DNA of 63,798 nt, counting the filler, from Choristocarpus tenellus KU-1152 (taxonomy: Eukaryota > Protista > Phaeophyceae): assembly GCA_964200185.2 (NCBI GenBank). It is 14 parts of 14 records of this genome, joined end to end, with 100 filler letters (N's around TTAATTAATTAA, not from the genome) between each part and the next. Parts side by side here need not be neighbours in the genome. Positions count along the whole stretch, not along the records: positions 22,959 to 29,346 come from CAXNAD020008243.1; positions 29,447 to 32,661 come from CAXNAD020021481.1; positions 32,762 to 35,840 come from CAXNAD020022472.1; 11 more parts are not named here. One strand, written 5' to 3'. Within the stretch, counting starts at the first letter, position 1. The number at the start of each line of letters is the position of its first letter. Shown here piece by piece: positions 23,715-35,770 of the stretch. The notes beneath the pieces are model-generated. The model searched no databases. It worked only from the letters and a program-made list of their open reading frames with translations, and was not told the origin of the DNA. A program made the position numbers and the translations under genes.

Positions 23715-26700
23715 TCATTCCATTTTGTTTGACACTGGACAGATGAGGTGGGAAATTTTGGACGCCAGAAAGTAGGACAGGACTCCCATAGGTCCAGCCA
23801 TGAGGACCAGAACAAGCACGGGGGCCATCAGCAAGTGGTGCAAACCAGCAGGGTCTCTACAAACACAAGGAGTGACAGCACACAAGTAAGAGGATGGGCA
23901 TCAGCTGATAAAGGGTCTGTGTAGGTCTGAAGTAAGGGTCAATCCAAGCAAAAGCTGTCATGATAGAGGTGAAGCATGAGGTAGAGATCGGCTAGGGTTA
24001 GAGGGAAGGGAAAGGAAGGGACCTAGCGATCAAAATGAGGTTGAGCTCTAGGCATCGATTAAGCTAAGCTGTGTGCCGAGGGAAAAGGATGTGACCGGCA
24101 CAATAGGCAGTGAAGTGAGTCACACTTACTCCTCTCACAAAGCAGAAGCAAGAACCAAACGTGGACAAGGGTACATAACAGTCTAGCTGCACCCAAGGCG
24201 AACAAATCAATAGCAAGTAAGGCATGTTAGGCAAGGTTGAACAGCAAGTGAGTGAGTGGGCACATCATCAAAATAAAAAGAAATGTCGCTTTGTGTACAG
24301 CTATTAGTGTTGTTGGTGAAAAATCGGAAAAATAGACCACGCGAAATGGATTAATCTCCATGTCTCAAGGTAAGTATCAACGCAGACTTCTACTTCAGGC
24401 ATTTTATTTTCTTCTGGTTAATACAACTGGTTCAGACACTGGGAAGGGAGGCATTCAAAGACAACAGGGTTTGCAAGGACGAGCTTCTGTGCTCGCCATA
24501 TATAAGCAAAAAAAAACAAAGCGCAAACCTTGCAATGCGTTGCCACCCCATTCCCTGCCCCAGCACTGAAAATAAGAAGAATCCCTGTCATAATAAAATA
24601 AAAGTACCAAGAAGCAAAAGGACGCGCAATGACAAATGCTGTGCAGCGGTGCACGAGAAAATAAAATAAAATAAAATAAAATAAATAAAACTTCTTCCGG
24701 GTGGGCACTTACACAAGGTTCTTCTCCAGGAGCAGATTTCCAACCACCTGCAGAGAGCACGAGGACACAATACAGTGGCACGCTGTATCAACAGAGTTGA
24801 GCAGGATAACAATGGTAGATGCAATAGTGTCGCATAGTGTTGGAGCATAGTGTTGGAGCAGCAATCAACTTGAATTGGTTGCCTTTACGTGACACCTGAC
24901 AAAACCCAACGTCAGTATTGCTCAGGTAGGCCACAAGCAAAAGGATATTGGCCGTTATTCAGGATATGTCTTCTTAACTCCACACCAGAGTGCTCTGTAA
25001 TACAGCCAACCACACGCAGGATTAATGCCCTCATATTGACAGTCTCGCCCGAAAATCGAGGGGAACAAGGGTAAGCAGCTCAGGCATGAAGAAAGAATCC
25101 CAATGACAACATGGGCCGGAAACTTCTGCACCATTACAATATTCAGGCACCCTCCCGCAACAGGGAGGAGCTTCGAAATAAGTTGAGCAATAGGAAATTT
25201 CTTATATACTACGTAGTACCAGCAACACTACACTTTTTCCAGTTTATTTGGGCATACCAGTCCAATCAATCGTTGTGCAGGGGGTGTGCCCACACCAAAC
25301 TACTATTATGTGATTCAGGCTACCACATCAAATAAGTACAGACCGTGCTTAGAATGATAGAACATTGGAGGAGGGAAATCATGAGGTCTGTTTAGTGATG
25401 GTTGGCACCACCTATCGAGTTGAAGCAACAGGAGTGGTCACAACTAAGCTACAGTACAAGACTGTATGGCAGGCCTAAATCTCCCCTAAGTTAAGAATAT
25501 CCTTCCAGAAGCAAATACGTGTACCAGTAGCTACATACAGCAACAAGAACAACTACCATGCTACTGTGATGTCAGACCCAAATCACTCCCAAATTCACTT
25601 CCCTCCTCCAAAGGCAAAAAGATAGTTTGACAGCTGCAGTACAGAAAAACAGGATATATTTTGCACATTGTTCAGTGTAACTACGTAGTCACTCAGGAGA
25701 GGATGGTCCCTCCAGCAAAGGCGTGTTATCTTACTCGTATAAAAAGGCCCAAGGGCAAGCAGAAGGGGTGCCGACAGCAGAATAGAGCTCTTCTGCACCA
25801 ACCATCAACTGTGCTTTGATCATATGTGTACCAATTTCGTAGTTAAAGAACTGTAAATCCACTAGGCTTGAACATGAAAACGCTCAAGGGATTGGATGGT
25901 GGGGGGGTGCACAGGTAATTCAGAGTAATACACAAGTCATACAGTAGCATGTGACGATGAAAAGTGATGAAGCAGTATGGGCAAAATGTTGTAAATAGGC
26001 ATACGGGGTGTGGGATACAGGTTGGGTAGGTTATGGTCACTCTTGGTGGAATCTAGTCCCTCCCATCCAATATATATACATTTTAATCCGATTCGTACTA
26101 CCCAGTAATCCCAGAGCTTCCACACTCACCATGTCAAAGGCTAGGTAGTGGATCCAGGCAGGAAGTGCAAACTGAGCTCTTCCAAGCAGGTCAACAACAC
26201 CTTTGTAGGTACCCATGTCCGCGTATATTGTCCCAACTCCGTCTTTGCTCGCAGCCAGTGCGCTACCTATACGTGCCGTTTTGTGCAAGATATATCGGAG
26301 GTCGAAATCAATCGTATCGTGTGTGTGTGTGTGTATTCAATTTAACAAGAAAACTTCAGAGTATTGGGGGTGAATACGTGAAGTGAAGAATGCATATTGC
26401 TTCTGTGGAGAGGCAAACAAGTTCTTACCGAATACGAGAGCGTAGGCAAGGGAGTTAAAAAGGACAGTGGTCCAGACAATGGTTCCCCTCATCTTCCATC
26501 TACCGACACGCAAGAGTAACCACACACGAGACGAACAGGGAGCATGGGACGAGGTGAGGCTGATGATGCAACATGTACTGATGTAGGGTACATAATGAAC
26601 TGCAATACACTTATCCACGTTGCAAACAATCATTATGGGAGATGAGGAGTCATGGTGCGACAAGAAACGCAACCCAATGGCACTTGCACGCCACTGAGGG

Positions 26701-26998
26701 CTTTGGGTATCAGATCCTATCCTTGGTCAAACCCAAGCGTCGGTGTTTCCCTTGCAGACATTCGACTCGACCGTAACGGAATGAGTTCACCCCTGTCAGT
26801 GTGAGAAATCTATAATATTCGTATCAGTGTGCGCACGACTTCAATTTCTGGAGTAGGCACATCCTCGTGTGCAGGACTTCTCTTGTCTTACTTCGGAGCA
26901 AGGATCATGATAATCCAGGCTGGGAGTATCATTTGATTGCACATTGTGAATAGGGTCTCGTCTGTGAAATGGTCCAGCCCTGGAATTGAGATCCCCAT
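23715..26998 (-). CDS. ABA4-like / DUF4281 membrane protein, complete 5-exon gene (163 aa)
   Basis: Exons 26998-26892, 26499-26429, 26266-26130, 24747-24713 and 23856-23715. All introns are GT-AG with consistent phases (2,1,0,2), and the 492-nt CDS ends in TGA. Protein: MGISIPGLDHFTDETLFTMCNQMILPAWIIMILAPKWKMRGTIVWTTVLFNSLAYALVFG...MGTYKGVVDLLGRAQFALPAWIHYLAFDMVVGNLLLEKNLVDPAGLHHLLMAPVLVLVLMAGPMGVLSYF...; it carries the family motifs LPxW...PxW, W(I/V)HYLAFD and LMxGPxG. Confidence 0.9.
24657..24690 (+). repeat. (TAAAA)n microsatellite in intron 4 of the ABA4-like gene
   Basis: aaaataaaataaaataaaataaaataaataaaa. Confidence 0.8.
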
Positions 26999-27294
26999 AA
27001 TGAATTGATACGGAAGTCACGGCAGTGGGAAGATCGAAGTGGTGTGGTGAAGTTAATGAGGATTGATTATGGATAACTCACGACCCGCACACCCAAAACG
27101 AAATATGAGCAGTATTTGACTTGAGAATTTGACCAATTATATTTCAAAAATACCAAGTCCATGCCATTAGAATCGTGGTTGAACATTTCGTTAAGGAATT
27201 AAAACAACATGCGGGTTCATCCATTTTTCAGGTACGTACATCTCAATCTATCTCTTCCTGCAAATCAAACCATCAAAATATGGGAGTTTGGTGT

Positions 27295-27843
27295 ACTGTT
27301 GCAGTACATAGGGGAGATCCCCTGTCTTTGGGATCCACTATCATACTTTTTTCACTTCTTTCCATAACAGCCGATTTCAAAAATTGAGGATGGAGCTTTT
27401 CATTGAGGATGGGCTTGACCCAAAATTGACTGGGATAAAGTGCCGATATGTTTTTTTTTGTATTTTGTGCTGCTCCATCCTCAATTTTTGAAATCGGCTG
27501 TTCCATGCATTTTTGAAAATCCAACCCCATCACTAATCCTATATCTAACCCTAACCCTAACTTGTGTGTGAAAAATATCCCTAATCAGTCAAGGAAATAT
27601 TCTGCAAGTAGTGAAAGAGTATTGTGTGCACTGGGGAACCAAAACTTCTCAACGATCCACTACCCTTCGCTTTTTCACTCATTTTCGAGAATATAACTCC
27701 AACCCTGGTCCTAATCCTAACCCTAACTTGTGTGTGAAAAATAACCTTAAGCAGTGAAAAAAGTATGACAATTGGGAGTTCCCAAGGACAATAATGGGGG
27801 TCCCAAACACAGGGGAACCTCCCTGTCTGTACATTGCACTGTT
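27295..27843. mobile_element. Inverted-repeat element carrying CCCTAA telomere-type repeats
   Basis: 27295-27360 (gcagtacataggggagatcccctgtctttggga...tcatacttttttcact) is an imperfect inverted repeat of 27749-27843. An internal direct repeat ccctaacttgtgtgtgaaaaata, preceded by (ccctaa)n, occurs at ~27546 and ~27711. Confidence 0.6.
27366..27502 (+). mobile_element. MITE family E with perfect 31-bp TIRs (137 bp)
   Basis: aacagccgatttcaaaaattgaggatggagc ... gctccatcctcaatttttgaaatcggctgtt; CCAT on both flanks. Partial copies at ~32617-32661, ~33128-33155 and 61046-61100. Confidence 0.88.
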
Positions 27844-28359
27844 CTACTTGACAATAATACCAGATGATAAGTGCGTTGATCTAACAGAATGAGGAATACA
27901 AAAAAGAACTTGGACTTGTTTTGAAATTACTTCTAAAAAAAGAATCGCACCTATACACCACCCCAGTTCCTGTTGCATGCAGTACCACCTGGCTACATCA
28001 TAGACTACATCGGCAATTTCTAACCTAGCCATCACCATTGTTGTTCACATCAAAGAAGCTACTGTCTCTCAGTACCAAATAAATGTCGTTTCCAACACAA
28101 GGATAATCCTCTCTCCTCTCCAAGGTCCTCGAAGGATAGTGGGGTACCTTACTCTTCATATTACTTACTATTTACTCTTCCCTTTGCCCCATCCACACCA
28201 AAACGCTAACATGACCTCTTATCTCTAAACGTATGAAGTCTGGCTAATGCTCCATTATATCCTGTCACGCGAGATTCAATATCCTACGTAGTACTCCAAA
28301 ACTTCAGAATCTTTGATAGAAAATGCTCCTAAACCCTATAGCAAACCAATTTCGAAAAA

Positions 28360-29190
28360 GTGTGTAATCTTGAAATAGCAATGGTTGAGGTCATCAACGT
28401 GGACGGCTATCATTGCACACACTACCCCACTTTCTATGTACCTATTTCAGATCAGGTACCAATTACTGTTAGTGCTCTAAATACTGATTCTGCTCCATTC
28501 AGTAAAGCTAGAGAGGAGTTACATCAAGCCTTCACCAAGTCAAACGCATTCAAAGATACCACGTTCAATCAGTCACAAGTGTCTCAGCTTTTAGACCTCT
28601 GTGCTCGTTATAGATCGGTATTTTCGTTGAATGCAGCAGAACTAGGCAGATGTATCCTAGCTGAAGCAGAAATTCCTATAGAGCCTGGTACCAAACCTGT
28701 TGACAGGAACCCTTACAGAGCAAACTCCCGTACTCAACAAGCAATTGACTCGTGTGTTAATACTATGGAAGAGCAATGCATTATTGGAAAACGTACCAGC
28801 CCTTGGGGTAGTCCTGTTACTATTGTGGGCAGATCTGATGACTCCCCACGATTCTGTATGGACTATAGGTCAACTGTTAACAAACACCTTGTTCGACAGT
28901 CTTGACCTATGCCTGGTATAGAGTCTCATATTGATACTGTTCGGGGTGAAATATTTATCACCGTTTGTGATATTCAGAGGCATATTGGCAGATTCCTGTT
29001 GCTGAGGATGACATTGATGTCACGTCCAGAGGCAAATACGTTTTAAGAGGATGCTCTTTGGGATATCAAATGCCCCTTGGCAATTTCAAAGAATAATATC
29101 CTTAGCATTTGCCAACTTTGGTCCATTGAGTGGGTTTCTAGTATATATGGATGATTTGATTGCTTGTTCTCCCACATGGGAAGGACATAT
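28360..29190 (+). mobile_element. Ty3/gypsy LTR retrotransposon reverse transcriptase, degenerate
   Basis: PVDRNPYR...SPWGSPVTIV...RFCMDYRS...(stop)PMP...AYWQIP...RMLFGISNAPWQFQR...VYMDDLI, with YMDD at 29144-29155. Contains a stop at 28903-28905 and frameshifts. Confidence 0.93.
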
Positions 29191-29932
29191 ATGTTAAAGT
29201 ATCCCCAAAATCATCAAAGAGGATAAAGGTGCGGCTTCATGTCATGTAACCAATATGATAACTCACATGACTAATTACAAGCCTTGCATTGGAAATGAAA
29301 GGGTAGTCACTGCCAGCCAAAATTCCTTTAGCATCGCTGGTCATGGNNNNNNNNNNNNNNNNNNNNNNNNNNNNNNNNNNNNNNNNNNNNTTAATTAATT
29401 AANNNNNNNNNNNNNNNNNNNNNNNNNNNNNNNNNNNNNNNNNNNNGAGTGATTAAGGGTGGGGGGGGGGAGGGGGGAGGGTGTAGGCGGGGGGTGTCTG
29501 TTTCGGTCAAACAACTCTTTTTTTTGCTGACGTTTCAAATCCGACACGTGCGACCAAATCGCAGGGGATTCTGAGTTTGTAATGGAGGCATCACAGGGGC
29601 AGGGTCCTGCAAAAGAAAAAAAACGCTATTTGGGTGTAACCTAAAAAGAAGATAAGTAGTATTTTTCACCGAATATAGCCGGTGAGGTACACAGTTGAGA
29701 ATGTGAAGAGATTGATGGAGATGTCGTTGTTTCCATCAAAGACCTTTTCTAATTAGTCTCCAAGTTTTTTTGTGATAGTGGGGGCATGCCCTTCAAATTG
29801 CGCATTGGAAGGCTTTCTTTGAATGGTGTGTCTGGTTGGTATGTTGTTACTCTTTCAAATATGAGTGTGTGTGTGTTTGTGTGACACTGTGCATGCACTT
29901 TTCTTGTTTTTTGTGATTGGTAAAGTGATGAA

Positions 29933-30172
29933 GAGGTTGGTAGGGTTTTTATTTTAGTGATGCCTAGAATTTGCCAAAATATTTCTTTTTTGCATGATTG
30001 CGGAAAATGATTTGTGCTGAATTGTGGGGTCTTTTGTGTTCTGAAAGTGAGAGCATCAATTTGGTATACACTGTCATGGAAATCAAGCTATGAAATAGGG
30101 TGTATTGGCAAATATATATTGCTTGATTCTTAAAAGATCGTAATCTATCACTTCTCAATTACATCTACACTC
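29933..30172 (+). mobile_element. MITE family D, diverged copy
   Basis: ttgtgttctgaaagtgagagcatcaatttggtatacactg...atgaaatagggtgtatt...cttctcaattacatctacactc; left limit approximate. Confidence 0.6.
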
Positions 30173-33100
30173 AATGGTACTTTTTTTATATCTTTACTCT
30201 TCTTCAACCTATTGTTACCACTCTCACTCTCACTCTCTCTCTCACACACACACACCTGGACACTGGGAAAGAAGAAAAGTACTTTTGGAAAATGTTTTTG
30301 AAGCCCTCCTCAAAGAAAGAACACTGTGAATTGTTTCTTTCACTCCTTTCCGCTGAAACCCTCTTCCGCCCCCCCTTGTCACATTTATCCTACTCTTTTC
30401 TTTCCTTTGTAATCCCTTTCTTCATCTCATATCTCATCCACCTGTGTGCTTTTGAATCATTAGATACTTCTTCCCTGATATGGGATTTATCGACCGTACG
30501 AGGATGCCAACCACGGAGTATATCGAGACAGATGATAACTCTAGCTATGCTGAGGATGAACCATTGAAGGTGAAGACCTAACCAGTGATGACTGGTTTTG
30601 TTGAGCCCTTTCCTTATGCCTCAATTGGTATGGTGGTGAATTATAGAAGGGACTGATCGAGACGTGCCACCCAAGTGTTAAGGATGTACATAATTGACTC
30701 TTTTTTATTTTTCACTCTCTGATCAAGAAAATAAAAAACAGTACCGGCAAGTGGTTACGGGTTTATGTACCTTCCTTGCAGTGCCTTGCTTTGTGTCCTC
30801 CGGGAATGTTTTAGGTTTCCACCCCTTGTGAAGTGTGCAGGTTGCGTGTGATACAACCATAACAGCAGTTTATTCCCAGCACGTCAGGGTGAACGCTGTT
30901 TATTGTGATGTGAAGAGCTTGATTTTCACTGTTGAATGATTGGCACAAACTCCTTTGTATATAGAAGCGCTACATGTGCATGTTGCCACCCCGACAACTG
31001 AGCAATACAGCCAGAGGGTGGTTTCTTCTCAACCCTCAATTATCTTTCACTATACTTTGCCCTACGCTGGATGACCCACTGAAGACCCTCCTTTCTCCTC
31101 TGCCCTGGTGTACTCCTCCAACTGATCCTTTCGGTGTCTCTTTCTGTCTGTCTGTGTGTGTGGGGGGGGGGGGTTACTCAATGCCTTGGACCATGTACCT
31201 CCTTCATTCCGGCCATCACTTGCGGAAAACAAAATGACCTTGGCGGACATATGTGGTCTTTGGGCTGTGGCCGGTTCAGGCGACCACTGGTACCACTGTG
31301 ATCACACAGGCAGTGTCAAGGGATGTCAAAATGGCAGTGGTGTAGACCACAGTACGTACCTGTTTAAGTGTGTTCTGCTGTTGCATGTGCTTCAACAAAT
31401 GTGTTTTTAGGTGCTTGTTGATCATATTATTGTGGGAAATAATGAAAATCCACGCTCTCTTATTTTTGTGACATATGCCTCAGGGCTCTACAAAGAGGCT
31501 TGTCAGGTCAAAGAAAGCAAGATAAATGTTCTTATTGTTGAAGGGTCTGGACCTGGGGCTCTTGTTTTGTGTAGGTTTATGTCTGTGGCTTGCATTCAGT
31601 GTACCCTCCTCCACCCCCCGTTACCATTCAGTCCTCAGAAGTTTCAGGGGTTCAGGTGATAATATTTCCTTAGAAGATAATGAAAGCTGAACCTTTTTCT
31701 GGAGATGTGTGTCACATATGTGTTGTTTTGTACAAGATGGGAAGACTTTTGTGATCAAACCAAAGGCTTTGCTCTTGATGTGATGCTTCATCTGTTCAGC
31801 AGCGGTTCAAAAACTTTGCAGGGTAGAAAAAAGATGCTACCTGGAAGGGATTTCTTTCGTTTTGTAGGTGGCGTAGAATAGGCATACTGGATCGGGTAGA
31901 ACAAATATCACCACCTGGAAGGCATTTCTTGCATCCTTGAAAAGTGGCGTAGGATAGGTAAAACTGACAGGATTCGGATGAGATTTAAGGACTGGCTTGA
32001 TGTATTTTGTGAAGACCTATATTAAAATAATTAAGATCTTTGATACCACCCTTCGCACTTTTATTGTGCCCTGTCAAAATTCTTAGAAGTGTTCGGTGTT
32101 GAACCGAGGCAGATGTCTATGTAGTACAGCTGTGGGCTCACTTGGAGGTGACACTGTACCAATCTCTTTTCACGTGCCTTGGTTGACCACTTCATCAAGG
32201 AAACAGCACCTTCCAGTGAACTAAAATGGTCCCATCCGCCAACCAGACTGACCTCACAATAATTTAACATGCCCTGGTCCATATCCACTAGATGTTGAAC
32301 CAGTACTTGTCCGCCAGCAAGACTGGGTCAAGCGCTCTCTAATAAGGCCGGACCATGCCCTCTGGATATTGTACTAGTCCTTATCTGTCAACTGGACCGA
32401 CTCTAGCAATTCTCTATCACTTCTAGGTCTCTTCCATTAAGCAATCGTATTTGTCCGTATCCGCTGACTGACCAACTTAACAGTTTTTTTTTTTAGCACG
32501 TCTGGACCATGTGCACTACATGTTGTACTAGACCAACAATGAAGGAAGTCCTTTGACACTTTCTTATACCCATTTCAGTGAGATACCACCATTCATGGAG
32601 GTTGGTCAATATGTGTAACAGAGGATTTTCAAAATTGGGGATGGAGCCGGACTACGAGGATNNNNNNNNNNNNNNNNNNNNNNNNNNNNNNNNNNNNNNN
32701 NNNNNTTAATTAATTAANNNNNNNNNNNNNNNNNNNNNNNNNNNNNNNNNNNNNNNNNNNNGATGTGACCTATCTATCCCTTTCTTGTACAAACCACATC
32801 ACCCTTTCATAAATATTTATAACTACTGGAAGAAGACGTATGTATGTATTGTATAATACAATATGTAGTGTACCATGCATAATATAAGCATACCAAAACC
32901 GTTACCGGCTCCCCCAGGGGGGGCCGTCTGTCCTTACACCTTTGGCTTGGTCGAGGTCGCTTCCGAATCGTAGCGGTGCCCTCTACAATAAGCACCGAAA
33001 TCTTTTTGAACACAACAATATATCCCATTCAAAAAGGGGTCCTGAAAAAGTGCCGCAACATTTACAAAAAAACTTATGGGCACTTTCCGCGCACCATTTT

Positions 33101-33397
33101 GGGTCAAACTTATCCTCCATGAAATGCCCCATCCTCAATTTTGCCGAGAGGCTGTTAATTGCACAAAAAATACACCTACTACGTATTTGCCCTTTTTCAG
33201 CATCTTTAAAATGAAATCCTGCCTACCTCTCGGTAGGTTGAACTCAATGTCCATCCGTGGCTGCTGGACACAACATTCTAGAACCAAGGCACAAACAAAG
33301 GCAGCACAATAGTAATACAATATTTATTGGTGTTTCTGCAAAATATGGACTATGGGCGTGGCCCAGAAAATATATGTGTGGTTTCGAACAGAAGTAA

Positions 33398-33663
33398 GAG
33401 CAAAGACAATTGAGAGAGGCAGGTTTGGACCCTTATGCACTCTAAGCCATCTTCCTTACCCTGTTCTGTCTAATACATTATATTTCATTGCTTTACGTTG
33501 ACAATAGTGCATCCAAGAATTATACTATTATTTCCCCTTTCCACACACGAAGTGACACACCACAACTATAGCAATAGATTCTTTCTCCAATTAATTGTAC
33601 AAAATGGTATATTTTTTCCCTTTCTTTGATTTTTCAAGTGCAACCTCTCCATTGCTTTTACTC
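33398..33663 (-). mobile_element. MITE family D, TSD TAA, followed by a tandem duplication of one end
   Basis: gagcaaagacaattgagagaggcaggtttggaccc ... cttttactc; TAA at 33395-33397 and 33664-33666. Segment 33583-33670 is repeated at 33672-33755. Confidence 0.8.
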
Positions 33664-34436
33664 TAAATATATTCTCCAATAGTACAAAATGGTATATTTT
33701 TTCCCTTTCTTTGATTTTTCAAGTACGACCTCTCCATTTCTTTTAATCTAAATATTTGAGTGGGAGGAATTTTACGAAGTTGTCCTACATTATGGAAATG
33801 GCATATGGTACGTCCGATTTTGTTATCTCAGAAGATCTATCAATCTGGTACCCCCATTTCATGGTCATATTTCCTTTACATGCAGACTAGGCAAGGCGCT
33901 ACAAATATTTTTTTTAATTGAAGTGCACGCTCGTTGGTTCATGTCCAGATAAAAGGAGTTTTGGACCTACCTGTGCCAGACCTTGGCTCAGATATTTGGT
34001 GGGAACATTCGACGCCAGGAAAGTTTTCAACCAGTTTTTCATTTCCAGGGTTTTGGCTCCTCGTGGAGTTAGTCATACACGTGAGTGCTTGCCACACGTT
34101 TCTGTTAGTAACAATGGCTAGTACTCTAATACTATATAATGGAATGGGTCTCGTCTATTATACAGGAAACCTCCCGCGCGTTTCTGGCAATGGGGGCATG
34201 GCGAGATTCTTCGTGCGCGTCCTCACGACTGGACAACAACAAAAAGGCGTTGATATTGAGGATCACCATATCTTCGCGTCTGTATTACTTGTAGCTACCT
34301 ATTGTCTTTTTTTGTTGTAACGCGGTATGTTGTGTGTGAACCTGTGTTTTCAGTATTACCAGCAGTGCTGGTACTAGAAATACTACTACTACTACTACCA
34401 TAATAACGGCAAGGAGACAAGTAATAGAACAAGTAA

Positions 34437-34691
34437 GAGTCAAAACGATTGAGAGGTAGGCAGGGTTCCATTTTAAGGATCCTGAGAAAGGGAAAAAATA
34501 TGTCATTTTGTACAATTGCAGAAAAAGACCTTGCTGAATTATAGTGTCACTTTGTGTGTGGAAAGGAGAAACATCAATTTCGTGTATCCTATTGTGCGTG
34601 TAAAGAAATTAAAGAGTATTGCACAGGATAAGAAAGATTTCTTGGAATTCAAAATGGTCCAAACTCTCCTACCTCTCAATTAGCTTGGCTC
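34437..34691 (+). mobile_element. MITE family D
   Basis: TIRs gagtcaaaacgattgagaggtagg ... cctacctctcaattagcttggctc; TSD not preserved. Confidence 0.85.
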
Positions 34692-35048
34692 AGAGTGATT
34701 GGTGTTGGAGGAATGAGTGAGGAGAAGGCGTCAGTTCCAGGACCTAGTCTCTCTAATCATGCTTTCATACAATTCTGGTAGACTACCCGTAGAAAATTTT
34801 CCTAAAATGTTTGAACATCTCTATATTCCAATGTCCCGATCCATCACGAATCTATCGTTCTACACACATTATCTTGCTACGTACATAAATACTTCATGAG
34901 ACAAATAGTAGCATTTGGTGTGTACAGTACTTCAAAGTATATCCTTACGCGAACATATTCTCCTGAAAAACTCACAATGTTATATTACAACACAACACTG
35001 ATCCTAGGTTTATCCTAGCTACACTTCAAATCCTGAAATATCAAATCG

Positions 35049-35770
35049 TCAGAAATTCATTACAGCCCTCACACGATACATGAAACTATTGTGATTGAGA
35101 GGCTTGGTGAGAAAATATGTATTTTGCTCCTCAGATCTCACATGCACAATTTTTATGATCTTGTTCCTAACTAACTGCCAAAGGAAATGATGACGGACAT
35201 CAATATACATTGTCCGAAACCCATTGACTGGGTTTCTAGACAATTCTAATGCACCCTCATTATCCTCATACATCAAGGCACAGCTAGTAGTCTTCTCCAG
35301 AGATACAAACTCCAACACTAGTCTCAAGAAGAGTACTCCATTAGCTGTGTCACTTAAAGGCACATAATCAGCTTCAGTCGTAGACAGAACCACCATCTTC
35401 TGCATCCTATGAACCCACGATAATGTTTCAATTCCCATGGTAATCAATCCCCCAGATACAGGCCTCCTGTCGATCCAGATCAGATGCATAGTCCGCATCA
35501 GCAAACGCCTCCGTTCGCTTTTCCAGCTTTCCGTTGTATGTGACGCGCCAGTCCCCCTTGTGTGACTCACATACCCTAAGATCTATTTATCACGCTTCCC
35601 AATGCCTCTGCTCTAAGTTACCGCTAAATCTGCCCACAGTCATTACCGCATTGGCAGTATTTGGCCTAGTCATGTTCACTAACCAGATTAATGACCCCAA
35701 AGCTTCCCTCTATGGAGTAGATGGTGTTCGATTAGATTCTTCCAACTCTATCGGACAGTTACGGTAAAAT
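35049..35770 (-). mobile_element. Ty1/copia retrotransposon RT C-terminus and RNase H, degenerate
   Basis: PYREALGSLIWLVNMTRP...FADADYASD...VVLSTTEADY...YEDNEGALELSRNPV...RTMYIDVRHHF...VRSEEQ..FLTKPL; frameshifts and stops present. Confidence 0.93.

Noticed and set aside
34900-35048. 3' LTR of the copia element
   Set aside because: A TGTTG exists on the minus strand, but there is no clear polypurine tract and no second LTR to compare.
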